Shown piece after piece: positions 37,657 to 46,279 of a DNA stretch of 46,418 bases. Location of the stretch: assembly GCA_964518915.1 (NCBI GenBank), contig CAZFJO010000002.1, positions 1-46,418 of the forward strand. The letters are read 5' to 3'. Below the pieces are notes generated by a model. The model made no database searches. It worked only from the letters and a program-made list of their open reading frames with translations, and was not told the DNA's origin. Source of the stretch: an uncultured Saprospiraceae bacterium. Lineage in GTDB: Bacteria > Bacteroidota > Bacteroidia > Chitinophagales > Saprospiraceae. Position 1 is the stretch's first letter. Each line of letters begins with the position of its first letter. The position numbers and the translations under genes were made by a program.

Positions 37657-38619
37657 ATGAAAAGGCAACTATACAAGCTCTATCATCCTGAAATTTTTCA
37701 AGGAGATTTAAAAAAAAAGAACTACTTCGAAGGGTGGTATTATAAAATTGTAACTGCCGACGAATCCCAAGCCATAGCCATCATTCCTGGAGTAAGCATA
37801 GGACGCGATAACGACAGCCATGCATTCGTCCAAGTACTAAATGGAAAAACGGCACAATCTTACTATCACACTTACCCCATTGAGCGTTTTCGAGCGGATA
37901 AGAAGGTTCTGGATGTAAGCATTGCCGACAATCATTTTAATAAGAAGAAAATCGAATTATCCTTGCCTTCGCTATCTGGAACGATAAAACTTAACAACCT
38001 TACTCCCCTATCCACTTCTATTACCAATCCAGGGATTATGGGATGGTTCTCATTTACACCTAAAATGCAATGTTACCATGGGGTCGTAAGCATGGGTCAT
38101 GACCTCGAAGGAACGCTTACAACTGAAGGAAAAACCATAGATTTTTCTGGTGGAAGAGGATACATAGAAAAAGACTGGGGCACTTCTTTTCCTAAGTGCT
38201 GGATATGGGCACACTCTAATCATTTTAAATCACATCCAGAATTATCATTGATGGCTTCTGTGGCCCACATTCCATGGATGGGAAATTACTTTATAGGCTT
38301 TATCGTCGCCTTACATTATGAAGGAAAAACAGAAGTATATGCCACATACAACCGTGCTAAAAAACAAGTAAGCATCGATGGCGAAACTGTACATATGACA
38401 TTTAAAAGAAAAAATAGAGTACTCAATATATCGGCAGTACCTGGAGCTGGAGCTGATCTTAAGTCTCCTATAAGTGGTCTCATGACAGGAAAAGTCAATG
38501 AGAGTCTAGCTGCAGAAATTAAGATCACGCTTGTAGAAAATGGAAAAACCTTAATAGAAGATTACAGCACTACAAGTGGATTAGAAGTAGCGGGGGATGT
38601 AAGTATCCTCCTAGGGTAA
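37657..38619 (+). CDS. Hypothetical protein, tocopherol-cyclase-like family (tentative)
   Basis: The N-terminal YFEGWYYKIV motif and beta-rich composition resemble the tocopherol cyclase family. This assignment is from memory only. The ORF itself is well supported by length and context. Confidence 0.45.
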   Translation: MKRQLYKLYHPEIFQGDLKKKNYFEGWYYKIVTADESQAIAIIPGVSIGRDNDSHAFVQVLNGKTAQSYYHTYPIERFRADKKVLDVSIADNHFNKKKIELSLPSLSGTIKLNNLTPLSTSITNPGIMGWFSFTPKMQCYHGVVSMGHDLEGTLTTEGKTIDFSGGRGYIEKDWGTSFPKCWIWAHSNHFKSHPELSLMASVAHIPWMGNYFIGFIVALHYEGKTEVYATYNRAKKQVSIDGETVHMTFKRKNRVLNISAVPGAGADLKSPISGLMTGKVNESLAAEIKITLVENGKTLIEDYSTTSGLEVAGDVSILLG

Positions 38620-38660
38620 GAAGAGACATAATTTTATATCGGATATAATCTAAATTAAAA

Positions 38661-38690
38661 ATGGGTGATGATTCAAGAATCACCACCCAT
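38661..38690 (-). terminator. Terminator hairpin for the HU gene (may also serve the convergent + gene)
   Basis: A 14-bp stem (ATGGGTGATGATTC / GAATCACCACCCAT) has one mismatch. On the minus strand it is followed by TTTTTAATTT. Confidence 0.55.
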
Positions 38691-38714
38691 CAGTTACATA
38701 TAAGTTATATGATC

Positions 38715-38987
38715 TTAGTTGACTGCTTCAACTAATCCTTTTCCAGCTTTAAACTTAACCAAGGTTTTAGCAGCAATTTTAAGAGGTGCTCCAGTCGCAG
38801 GATTTCTTCCGTCTCTAGCAGCTCTGTGTGAAGTTGAAAATGTTCCAAATCCAACGAAGGCAGCCTTTCCACCACCCTTTAAGGTCTTTTCAATGGAATC
38901 AAAAACAGCACTAACAGCATCACCAGCTTGTCCTTTAGTGATACCAGCAGCATCTGCTACTGCATCGATTAAATCTCCTTTGTTCAT
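38715..38987 (-). CDS. hup: HU family DNA-binding protein
   Basis: MNKGDLIDAVA...FGTFSTSHRAARDGRNPATGAPLKIAAKTLVKFKAGK is a canonical HU/IHF fold with the RNPxTG arm. The start is moved to the ATG at 38987 because a promoter -7 box overlaps the longer ORF-track start. Confidence 0.92.
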   Translation of the reverse strand: MNKGDLIDAVADAAGITKGQAGDAVSAVFDSIEKTLKGGGKAAFVGFGTFSTSHRAARDGRNPATGAPLKIAAKTLVKFKAGKGLVEAVN

Positions 38988-39020
38988 AATAATAGGTTTT
39001 ATTAATTGATTATATGGCGC

Positions 39021-39051
39021 CAAAAGTATATTACTAATTTATTATATACAA
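39021..39051 (-). promoter_or_regulatory. Bacteroidota-type promoter for HU (TTG-N20-TACTTTTG on minus strand)
   Basis: On the minus strand, TTG is at 39051-39049, followed by a 20-nt spacer and TACTTTTG at 39028-39021. The box lies 34 nt upstream of the ATG at 38987. Confidence 0.5.
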
Positions 39052-39108
39052 GTTTTTAGAGCCAATTAAGCCCCAAACCCCTTTAAATACTGGGTTTCTA
39101 GTGCAAAA

Positions 39109-39137
39109 AATGCCTGCCGGACGGCTTTGTCGGCATT
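39109..39137 (-). terminator. Possible terminator or insulator hairpin upstream of the HU promoter
   Basis: AATGCC/GGCATT and GAC/GTC pairings give a bulged hairpin. On the minus strand it is followed by a T-run (plus-strand A-run ending at 39108). It would stop read-through from the ABC operon. Confidence 0.3.
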
Positions 39138-39245
39138 AAAATGAGTCTAACTTGACCTTTAAAGAGGTTATTCGTACCTTGTAAATTGATGATTTTAGGT
39201 ATGCTTTATGCCTTGTATACCTTAGAATCTTACAATAAATAGAGA

Positions 39246-39419
39246 ATGAAACGGATTTTATTATACTTAAGCATGCTTGTTTTTCTTGGTTTCTTAGGAA
39301 CCACAGCAACCAGTTGTAAGACAGGATATGGTTGTCCTGCTGAAGAAGAATACAAGAAAAAACAGGATAAGCCGCTCTCCACGAAGAGAGGTAAGTCTAA
39401 ACTATTTAAGAAGTCTTAA
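39246..39419 (+). CDS. Unannotated small lipoprotein ORF (57 aa)
   Basis: It falls below the ORF-track size cut-off. My translation is MKRILLYLSMLVFLGFLGTTATSCKTGYGCPAEEEYKKKQDKPLSTKRGKSKLFKKS. This gives a signal peptide with lipobox-like TATSC and a basic tail. Its stop overlaps the stop of the convergent permease gene. Confidence 0.4.
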   Translation: MKRILLYLSMLVFLGFLGTTATSCKTGYGCPAEEEYKKKQDKPLSTKRGKSKLFKKS

Positions 39420-40543
39420 TCCCTTCCTCTAGCCTCTCTGAGTAGTTGTCCGCTGAGGCTATTAAGACATGCTATTAATAGAAAAATAGCTAAGCCCGGA
39501 AATATTGCCAGCCACCATGAACTCGATTCTCTAGCCATAGCAAGCAATGAACCCCACGTCGGAATTTCAGGAGGCAGACCAATCCCTAAAAAAGATAAGG
39601 TAGCTTCTACCAATACGAACGACGCCACAGTAAAAGTACAGGTAGACAATATAGGGTCTAGTGCATTAGGTATTACATGGCGAGTAACTTTTCTCCATGT
39701 ACTTAACCCTAGAGCCTCAGATGCCTGATAAAAAGGCAAGCTCCTGATACGCATCATCTCACCCCTTACATATCTCGCTATTCCTGACCATCCTATGAAA
39801 CCTAAGATTAAAATAACATTCCAGACCGAATAAGAAGAAAACAGACCTAAAGAAGCAAGAACAAGGAATATACCTGGAATGGCGAGGCGTAATTTAATGA
39901 GTCCATCCATCCATACTGAAACCGGAATATCATACTTCTGAATAGAAAGACGACTAGCAAGCTTTACCGATGCCCATGCTAGTAGTATAAATACACCTAA
40001 CAAGATTACACCAGATGATGAATACTTGAGATGAAATAATCCTAGCATCAAGCACAGTGACATACCCCCGAACTGGACGATATTCATTCTATATAATGTA
40101 CTGTTTTTTAAGCCAGCAAGCGCACCTATCAGAATACCGATTAGCAATGCTATCGCAACGCCTCCGAAACCTATTCTCAATGCAACAGACAATCCTTTAA
40201 TCATTCCTCCTGCTACATCTCTTCCGAGAACATCTGTACCCAATAGATGTCCTTTATTCATCGGAGGGAGCAAGGTAGCAGTAATGTCCACCTTCTCGGG
40301 TTTATGATTAATAAGAGGCGTGATTATCACATTATCATAATGAGCATTGTTGCTAGGTGGTGATTTTACTACCCCCATATTCCACAGCCATTCAGACCCT
40401 GTAGGACTTATATACTTTCCGTCCTTAACTGCAAGAACAGGGAGGTCATTGCTTATAAAAGGATGCATAATTCCACAGATGGACATTACAATAAGTAAGG
40501 AAAGCGCCCATCTCCGCCTCAGATATGTAGCCACCTTCCTCAT
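39416..40543 (-). CDS. ABC transporter permease, DppC/OppC-like
   Basis: It has the N-terminal GTDVLGRDV motif and an EAA-loop region (YQASEALGLSTWRKVTRHVIPNAL). Length is 375 aa with an extended first periplasmic loop. Confidence 0.85.
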   Translation of the reverse strand: MRKVATYLRRRWALSLLIVMSICGIMHPFISNDLPVLAVKDGKYISPTGSEWLWNMGVVKSPPSNNAHYDNVIITPLINHKPEKVDITATLLPPMNKGHLLGTDVLGRDVAGGMIKGLSVALRIGFGGVAIALLIGILIGALAGLKNSTLYRMNIVQFGGMSLCLMLGLFHLKYSSSGVILLGVFILLAWASVKLASRLSIQKYDIPVSVWMDGLIKLRLAIPGIFLVLASLGLFSSYSVWNVILILGFIGWSGIARYVRGEMMRIRSLPFYQASEALGLSTWRKVTRHVIPNALDPILSTCTFTVASFVLVEATLSFLGIGLPPEIPTWGSLLAMARESSSWWLAIFPGLAIFLLIACLNSLSGQLLREARGRD

Positions 40544-41901
40544 GTATTTTTCATTCTTGGGTCAAGCAATCGATACGTAAGATCAGCAAGAAAGAATACT
40601 ACAGTGGTAATAACTACTGACATAAGAAGGATGATATATACTACTTCCCAGTCTGCTGCAAGGATGCTGTTAAACATCAATCTTCCCATCCCCGGAATAT
40701 TAAAAATCACCTCTATCAGTAATGATCCAGCAAACATTCTTGGTATTGTATTGCTTATCATAGTCACCATAGAAGTGCCTATGTTTTTAAGAATATGATT
40801 TAGATATATTTTCAGCGAGGGTAGCCCTTTAGATTTTAGTTGCAATACATACGGCTTACTCATTTCTGATAAGACACTTTCTTTTACAAGTTTACCTATG
40901 ATGGCGAGTCCGTGTAAGCTTAAGCACAATACAGGTAGAATAATCTGGGGAATATCTAAAAAGAAATTCTGAAGAACACTGTAATCGGATCTTACCCTGA
41001 ATATAGGACTCACGAATATATCCGTCCAGCTTCCATATTCTGGTGTGGTGAAAAAAACAATGAATAAGGTAGCTAACCAGAACAGCGGTATGGCGTATAA
41101 GGAAAACAAGCATACATTAATCACATGATCTATCCACCTTCCTCTATAATGTGCTTGAATAAATCCGATTACAATTCCCAGCGGAAAACATATAACTAGA
41201 CTGATGATGGTCATCAATAAAGTCCACTTCATAGCTGGTAAGATCTTATCTAGTGTAGGCTGATTGTCTACAATTGATAATCCGAAATTCCCTGTCATTG
41301 TATTTTTTAACCATCGATGATACTGGTTATTAAATCCATGCCACCGCACAGAAGGAAAGATTAAAAAACTAGATGGCGATTCATCCAGCATCTTCACAAT
41401 AGATTCCTTAATGTCAGGTGTCTGATTGTGCTTGACGGTTTCTAGCCGACTTAAATTTTTATTTAAATCATCATCCTGGTATAAGAACGAAATTGTTTTG
41501 TCCAGAACCAGATCCATGGAATCGCTAGAAGGCGACAGCGTCTTTCTTACCCGACCTAAGGTTTCTATGTAGAGCAGAATAGAACTCCCTTTATAACCTG
41601 CGTCAAGCAACCTTTCTATACTCTGCTTTTCAGCTGCCGACCATGCATTATTATGCTTAGGATAATGGCTAGGAACAAGGGTAAAATAAAAATAAGGTAG
41701 GTGTAGGTTGCGACGTCGATATTCATCTTCATACTTTTTATCAATCTGCATGGCTTGCAATTGACTATTCTGCATGTGCTCACCGAGGAGGGTATTAATA
41801 GGATCAGCCCGATTATACTTACTGATAAAGAAAACCAGGATTGTAGAAAAAAACAAAAGCGTAACTAAGCCCAGCATTTTTCTGACTATCGATATTACCA
41901 T
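40540..41901 (-). CDS. ABC transporter permease, DppB/OppB-like, with about 195-aa periplasmic insertion
   Basis: It has an EAA-loop region (MSKPYVLQLKSKGLPSLKIYLNHILKN). TM1 is at about aa 10-28, and the next TM begins only around aa 226. There is a 4-nt overlap with the downstream permease and a 1-nt overlap (TAATG) with the SBP gene. Confidence 0.85.
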   Translation of the reverse strand: MVISIVRKMLGLVTLLFFSTILVFFISKYNRADPINTLLGEHMQNSQLQAMQIDKKYEDEYRRRNLHLPYFYFTLVPSHYPKHNNAWSAAEKQSIERLLDAGYKGSSILLYIETLGRVRKTLSPSSDSMDLVLDKTISFLYQDDDLNKNLSRLETVKHNQTPDIKESIVKMLDESPSSFLIFPSVRWHGFNNQYHRWLKNTMTGNFGLSIVDNQPTLDKILPAMKWTLLMTIISLVICFPLGIVIGFIQAHYRGRWIDHVINVCLFSLYAIPLFWLATLFIVFFTTPEYGSWTDIFVSPIFRVRSDYSVLQNFFLDIPQIILPVLCLSLHGLAIIGKLVKESVLSEMSKPYVLQLKSKGLPSLKIYLNHILKNIGTSMVTMISNTIPRMFAGSLLIEVIFNIPGMGRLMFNSILAADWEVVYIILLMSVVITTVVFFLADLTYRLLDPRMKNT

Positions 41902-43610
41902 TATGATCTAGGCTGAAAAGTATTACCTAAATATCCCGGTCGCTTAATTGTAGGGTTACCATTCCATCTCTTATTGATGATTAATTTCTCCATCGGAGCG
42001 TATAAAAATATACCTGGTGCGTCCGCATAAAAGATATCTTGAACCTCATCATATAATCTCTCCCTTTCCTCAGAATCTGGTGTAGACCTTATGGCTTCAA
42101 TCAATTCATCGATTCTAGGATTGTTATAAGACATGCGGTTTCTTCCAGTGGCTGTATCATTGTCTGAATGCCATAAGACGTAGAAATCATCATCCTCTAG
42201 GTCTAGAGAGGTTACAGCTGTAGCGATTCCATAATCTCTGGTCATAAGATGCTGGTCTCTGATGGTTTTATATTCCTTAGTCACTAAGTTCATGTTTATA
42301 CCTACTTCCTTACAAGCTTCTTGTAACAACAATCCTATATTCCTGCCTAGCGCGGCCTTAGTAATATACATATCTATGGTACATTCCATCATCTTACCAT
42401 CGATGCGCTTATCAAGATCACCGTCTTGATCTATATCTGTCCACCCTGCTTCTTTCAGTAGCTGCTTCGCTTTACTTATATCCTTTTTATACAGCGGGGT
42501 ATCATTATCGTAATAACGTTTAGATGGATGTACGGGTACATTGAGTCGTGTCGCCATTCCTTTTTCAAGTGAATTTATAATGGCGTCTACATCTAGTAGA
42601 TGATTCAGGGCTCTTCTGACTTTTACGTCCTTTAAGACGGGATGACTATTGTTTAACTGCAAGAAATAATACCTCATCATAGGAGTCGTATGAAAGGATA
42701 GAGAGTCTTGATAGACATCGTTTTCTTTTATTTTAGCATAGTCTGTCGTGGGTATCTCGTTAGATACATCGATGCTTCCTTCCTTAAGCATAGAGAGCGC
42801 ACTTGTAGCATCAGGAATTATATAGAAGATCATTTCTTCTGGACCTTGTTGCAAAAAAGGGTTGTCCTTATAAGCTGTCCCCCAGTAATCTTCTACTTTT
42901 TTAATGACTATATTCTGATCGGTTTCCCATGAAATCAATTGATAAGGACCATTATTTAGCAATACATCTCTGGTATATTTACTCCCATTGTATTCTTCCA
43001 CTAGAGCCTTTAATTGTGGAGATAGGTCATCCTCATTTGCGTAAGCGCGCACCTCATCTAAGGTTATAGAACCGAATATATCTTCTGGGTCATATATATG
43101 CTTCGGAAGAATCGGAATATTAATGGAAGCTTCTAGTGCATGTATATAAGGTTCATGGAAGATAACAGTGGCAGATTTATCAGTCGTTTTTTCAACTTGA
43201 TCAATGTTAGAAATATAAGCGCTATATGAACTAGAATTGATCAATGGCAACGACATAAATTTCATGGTGAAAAGGTAATCGTCAGCTGTTATAGGCTGCT
43301 TATCGTGCCATTCTGCTCCTTCTCTAAACGAGAAAGTATAACTGTATGATGTATCTGATATATCGGTTTTCACTGGTATATCCTCTATCAATATCGGGTA
43401 TAACTTGAGTGTTTCTGGATGATAATCAGCCAGCGGTAAGTAGATGTACTGATGGACGAATCTAGAAACCTGCCCTAAGCTCAACATCGGATTAAGCTTC
43501 TGAGGGTCTGACTTAATCCTGATGTCAAGGGTAGTGTCTTGCTTTCCCATCTTGTCCGTCTTACAAGCAATAAAACCAAGTACCAGGAAAATCAAAACTA
43601 CATTCTTCAT
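41901..43610 (-). CDS. ABC transporter substrate-binding lipoprotein, family 5 (DppA/OppA/NikA-like)
   Basis: It has a lipoprotein signal (LVLGFIAC). At 569 aa its size and pattern fit SBP_bac_5. It is the first gene of an operon with two Dpp-type permeases. Confidence 0.8.
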   Translation of the reverse strand: MKNVVLIFLVLGFIACKTDKMGKQDTTLDIRIKSDPQKLNPMLSLGQVSRFVHQYIYLPLADYHPETLKLYPILIEDIPVKTDISDTSYSYTFSFREGAEWHDKQPITADDYLFTMKFMSLPLINSSSYSAYISNIDQVEKTTDKSATVIFHEPYIHALEASINIPILPKHIYDPEDIFGSITLDEVRAYANEDDLSPQLKALVEEYNGSKYTRDVLLNNGPYQLISWETDQNIVIKKVEDYWGTAYKDNPFLQQGPEEMIFYIIPDATSALSMLKEGSIDVSNEIPTTDYAKIKENDVYQDSLSFHTTPMMRYYFLQLNNSHPVLKDVKVRRALNHLLDVDAIINSLEKGMATRLNVPVHPSKRYYDNDTPLYKKDISKAKQLLKEAGWTDIDQDGDLDKRIDGKMMECTIDMYITKAALGRNIGLLLQEACKEVGINMNLVTKEYKTIRDQHLMTRDYGIATAVTSLDLEDDDFYVLWHSDNDTATGRNRMSYNNPRIDELIEAIRSTPDSEERERLYDEVQDIFYADAPGIFLYAPMEKLIINKRWNGNPTIKRPGYLGNTFQPRS

Positions 43611-43707
43611 AAAATATATTTTATTTATTCGCTACCTCAATTACAGAATACTGTACAAAATAAAAACAAATCCATTGATAACACACTTTCTACATTAGGA
43701 CTATGTA

Positions 43708-43771
43708 GATAATCAATGAAATGATTGATATCTTAAGTTATAAAGTTAATAATTGATTGATAATCAATAAT
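43708..43771. promoter_or_regulatory. Cluster of ATTGAT/ATCAAT (TTGAT/ATCAA) palindromic motifs in a divergent promoter region
   Basis: GATAATCAATGAAATGATTGATATC lies at 43708-43732 and ATTGATTGATAATCAATAAT at 43752-43771. A further ATTGATAA lies at 43674-43681. Confidence 0.3.
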
Positions 43772-43799
43772 AGTCACTTAAGTACGAAGCACGAAGATT

Positions 43800-44711
43800 A
43801 TGAAAAAAGTTTTAGTAGCAGGAGGAACAGGTCTGGTAGGCAATCGACTTGTAAGTCGATTGATAGATGCTGGTTATCACATCCATATCTTGTCTCGAAG
43901 TAAAAACGAAAACACCCAGAACATTTCCTATTATATATGGGATACCAAGCGTGGCACCATAGATGAAGATGCGCTTGATGCCGATTATATCGTAAATCTC
44001 ACTGGAGCAGGAATTGCAGACAGTAGATGGACAACTTCTAGAAAAAAAGTCATTATAGACAGCCGGGTACAGACCAATGAGTTATTAAAAACAGCCATAG
44101 AGAAACTAGGAAAAAAGTATGAAGCCATAGTCAGTTCCTCCGCCATCGGAATATACGGAGACAGAGACGATGAAGTACTTAGTGAAGAATCACCCCCTGG
44201 AGAAGGATTCATGGCAGAATGTTGTCTGCTATGGGAACAATCCTCTCGGATATTAAATCCATACACAGAGCGACAATCTATCTTGCGCATCGGTATTGTA
44301 CTATCTACACAAGGAGGAGCTCTACCTAAAATTCTGATGACTAAGCCAGCTAGGGTCATCAACTTCTTCGGCGATGGCTCCCAGTATTATAGCTATATAC
44401 ACATGGATGATCTATGCCAGATTATCATAAACTGCCTTACGGATAAGAATTACAATGGAACGATCAATGCGGTAGCACCAGAAGCTATGACCAATAAGGA
44501 TTTCGCTAAGCGCATCACTGAGATTCTTCCTGGTCCTTATGCAACCCTTCCAGCTCCAGCATGGGGATTAAGAATTGCATTGGGAGAAATGGCAGACGTT
44601 GTACTCAATAGCAATCGAGTAATCCCCAGTAAGCTCATAAAATTGAACTTCCAGTACCAGTATGCAGAGCTAGGAGCTTGTGTCAAGCACCTAATTGATT
44701 CTAACGTTTAA
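43800..44711 (+). CDS. TIGR01777-family NAD-dependent epimerase-like protein (YfcH-like, SDR fold + DUF1731-type C-terminus)
   Basis: It carries the N-terminal GGTGLVG Rossmann motif. Length (303 aa) and C-terminal pattern are typical of the family. Confidence 0.8.
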   Translation: MKKVLVAGGTGLVGNRLVSRLIDAGYHIHILSRSKNENTQNISYYIWDTKRGTIDEDALDADYIVNLTGAGIADSRWTTSRKKVIIDSRVQTNELLKTAIEKLGKKYEAIVSSSAIGIYGDRDDEVLSEESPPGEGFMAECCLLWEQSSRILNPYTERQSILRIGIVLSTQGGALPKILMTKPARVINFFGDGSQYYSYIHMDDLCQIIINCLTDKNYNGTINAVAPEAMTNKDFAKRITEILPGPYATLPAPAWGLRIALGEMADVVLNSNRVIPSKLIKLNFQYQYAELGACVKHLIDSNV

Positions 44712-45123
44712 ATACTTCTATCTCCTTCGTCTTAAGGATCATATCGGTAAACTTACCCTTGAATCTTGTCGCCCTCACCATATGGTTGTCGATCCAGTGA
44801 TAATTTCCTCCTCTAGGCTTGCCCATAAGTAAGCCATGATACTTAAAATTGTGCTTCTTAAGCCATACTTCTGTAATGTCTCTGTGCTCTTCTGTTCTAG
44901 AAGTAAAAAAAGTAATAAGATGACCTTCATCATACCACTTGTTAAGCGTTTCTAAGGCATCAGGATATGGCTCACATGTAACCATTCTTTCAGGTTCTTC
45001 ATTAGGAACATCATCGGTTATTGTCCCATCGATATCGATGAGATAGTTCTTAACTCCTTCTGGAAGAACCGGGCTTATAAGTTCGCCCTTTTCGTTTAAA
45101 ATTTTACTTAAGTCGTGTGACAT
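44701..45123 (-). CDS. Small HAD-superfamily phosphatase-like protein
   Basis: It has HAD motif I DIDGTIT, then TFFTSR (motif II-like) and GKPRGG. Length is 140 aa. It starts 19 nt downstream of the M23 peptidase gene, so co-transcription is likely. Confidence 0.6.
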   Translation of the reverse strand: MSHDLSKILNEKGELISPVLPEGVKNYLIDIDGTITDDVPNEEPERMVTCEPYPDALETLNKWYDEGHLITFFTSRTEEHRDITEVWLKKHNFKYHGLLMGKPRGGNYHWIDNHMVRATRFKGKFTDMILKTKEIEVFKR

Positions 45124-45142
45124 AATTTTTCTTGATTTATCT

Positions 45143-45967
45143 CTAATTAAAATTGATATATTTTTCTGGATCTACAGGAAAGCCATCGTACCACAACTCG
45201 AAATGGAGGTGTGGACCATCAGATAGTGTACCTGTATTCCCTATAATAGCGATGGCCTGGCCCGCTTCCACTCTATCACCTACTTTAGACAATAAAGCAG
45301 AGTTGTGCTTGTAGAGTGAGAGGGTATTGTTAGCGTGCTGGATCGATATCGTATTGCCGGTTTCAAGTGTCCAGTCTGAAAACACAACAATTCCTTCTAA
45401 TATAGACTTAATCGGAGTATCCGCAGCTGCTAGAACATCCACTCCTAGATGATCATCTACAGATAGAAACCCATCTGTTACTTGGCCAGAAACTGGCGTA
45501 ACGAATAACAACTGGTCAAGTTCTCTGATCGATTTCTGAGCGGGAGAAGGGCCTGCCTTGATCAATTTAGTCTGTGCTGGCTTATTTTCTTGTGGTAGAT
45601 CCTTCTGCGTCAACTCTATATCTTCACTTATCTCTCCACGTATTAACTTCTTAAGGGATTCTATATACAACTCTTGATTTGTATAATTCTCCTCTAAGGA
45701 AGTGACTTTAGTCCTCAATTCTTGATATTCATAGCTTTCATGGACATCACCGAAGCCTGGAACCCACCGTTTAAGAGGGGTGAAAAAAATAAGAGAAACA
45801 ATGATAAACCCTAGCAATAAGATCATCCCACTTAGAAGGGTATAAATATTAAGTAAGGAAACTCTAAACGATTTAACTTCCTTAAGATTCTCCTCATCTA
45901 TGACGGCGAGTCTATACTTTTCCCGTAGGTTAGACTTAGGTTTTTCTATATTAAAATCATCCGACAT
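45143..45967 (-). CDS. M23 family metallopeptidase (membrane-anchored)
   Basis: It has HLGVD (HxxxD) and a C-terminal GPHLHFE (HxH), with one TM (LLSGMILLLGFIIVSLIFF). I prefer the start MSDDFNIEK at 45967 over the ORF-track start at 46033. Confidence 0.85.
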   Translation of the reverse strand: MSDDFNIEKPKSNLREKYRLAVIDEENLKEVKSFRVSLLNIYTLLSGMILLLGFIIVSLIFFTPLKRWVPGFGDVHESYEYQELRTKVTSLEENYTNQELYIESLKKLIRGEISEDIELTQKDLPQENKPAQTKLIKAGPSPAQKSIRELDQLLFVTPVSGQVTDGFLSVDDHLGVDVLAAADTPIKSILEGIVVFSDWTLETGNTISIQHANNTLSLYKHNSALLSKVGDRVEAGQAIAIIGNTGTLSDGPHLHFELWYDGFPVDPEKYINFN

Positions 45968-46183
45968 AGCCAGTAGTTGCGATTTCTGCAAGCATACAAA
46001 GGTCGTACATACCCTCCAATATTTCAAATCCAACTATAAAAAACAAGGGCCTTAACACTTTAAAGTGCCATATTTAGTCTTAAAGATTGAGCAAAATCAT
46101 CCATTCTGTAACTATGGCACAATAATGGCAATTTTAAATAGTCAGAATATTGCTATTATACTACAGTCTATTTAGGCTGTTTT

Positions 46184-46279
46184 TATAATAAATATGCTGA
46201 TTCTCTGTTAATTATAATGAAGTGATTTAATAACGTATGACAGGAATTAAGTAACTACTCGGATAATAATAAATATGCT
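46184..46279. repeat. 14-nt direct repeat ATAATAAATATGCT (two copies, 82 nt apart) in AT-rich non-coding DNA
   Basis: The copies are at 46184-46197 and 46266-46279, read directly from the sequence. Confidence 0.6.

Noticed and set aside
37708-37719. A AAA AAA AAG slippery run (A9, 37710-37718) at codons 18-21 of the tocopherol-cyclase-like gene, as a possible frameshift or phase-variation site.
   Set aside because: It lies so close to the 5' end that both shifted frames simply terminate after about 9-11 codons without producing a meaningful product. It is most simply a Lys-Lys-Lys codon string. Unlike the dnaX run, there is no positional or family precedent. Slipped-strand ON/OFF switching cannot be excluded, but it is unsupported.
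38719-39009. A 96-aa plus-strand ORF overlapping the HU gene, and the extended HU start at 39023.
   Set aside because: HU is unmistakable on the minus strand. A TTG-N20-TACTTTTG promoter sits at 39021-39051, so the 12-codon N-terminal extension would begin inside the promoter. The canonical MNKGDLI start at 38987 is used instead.
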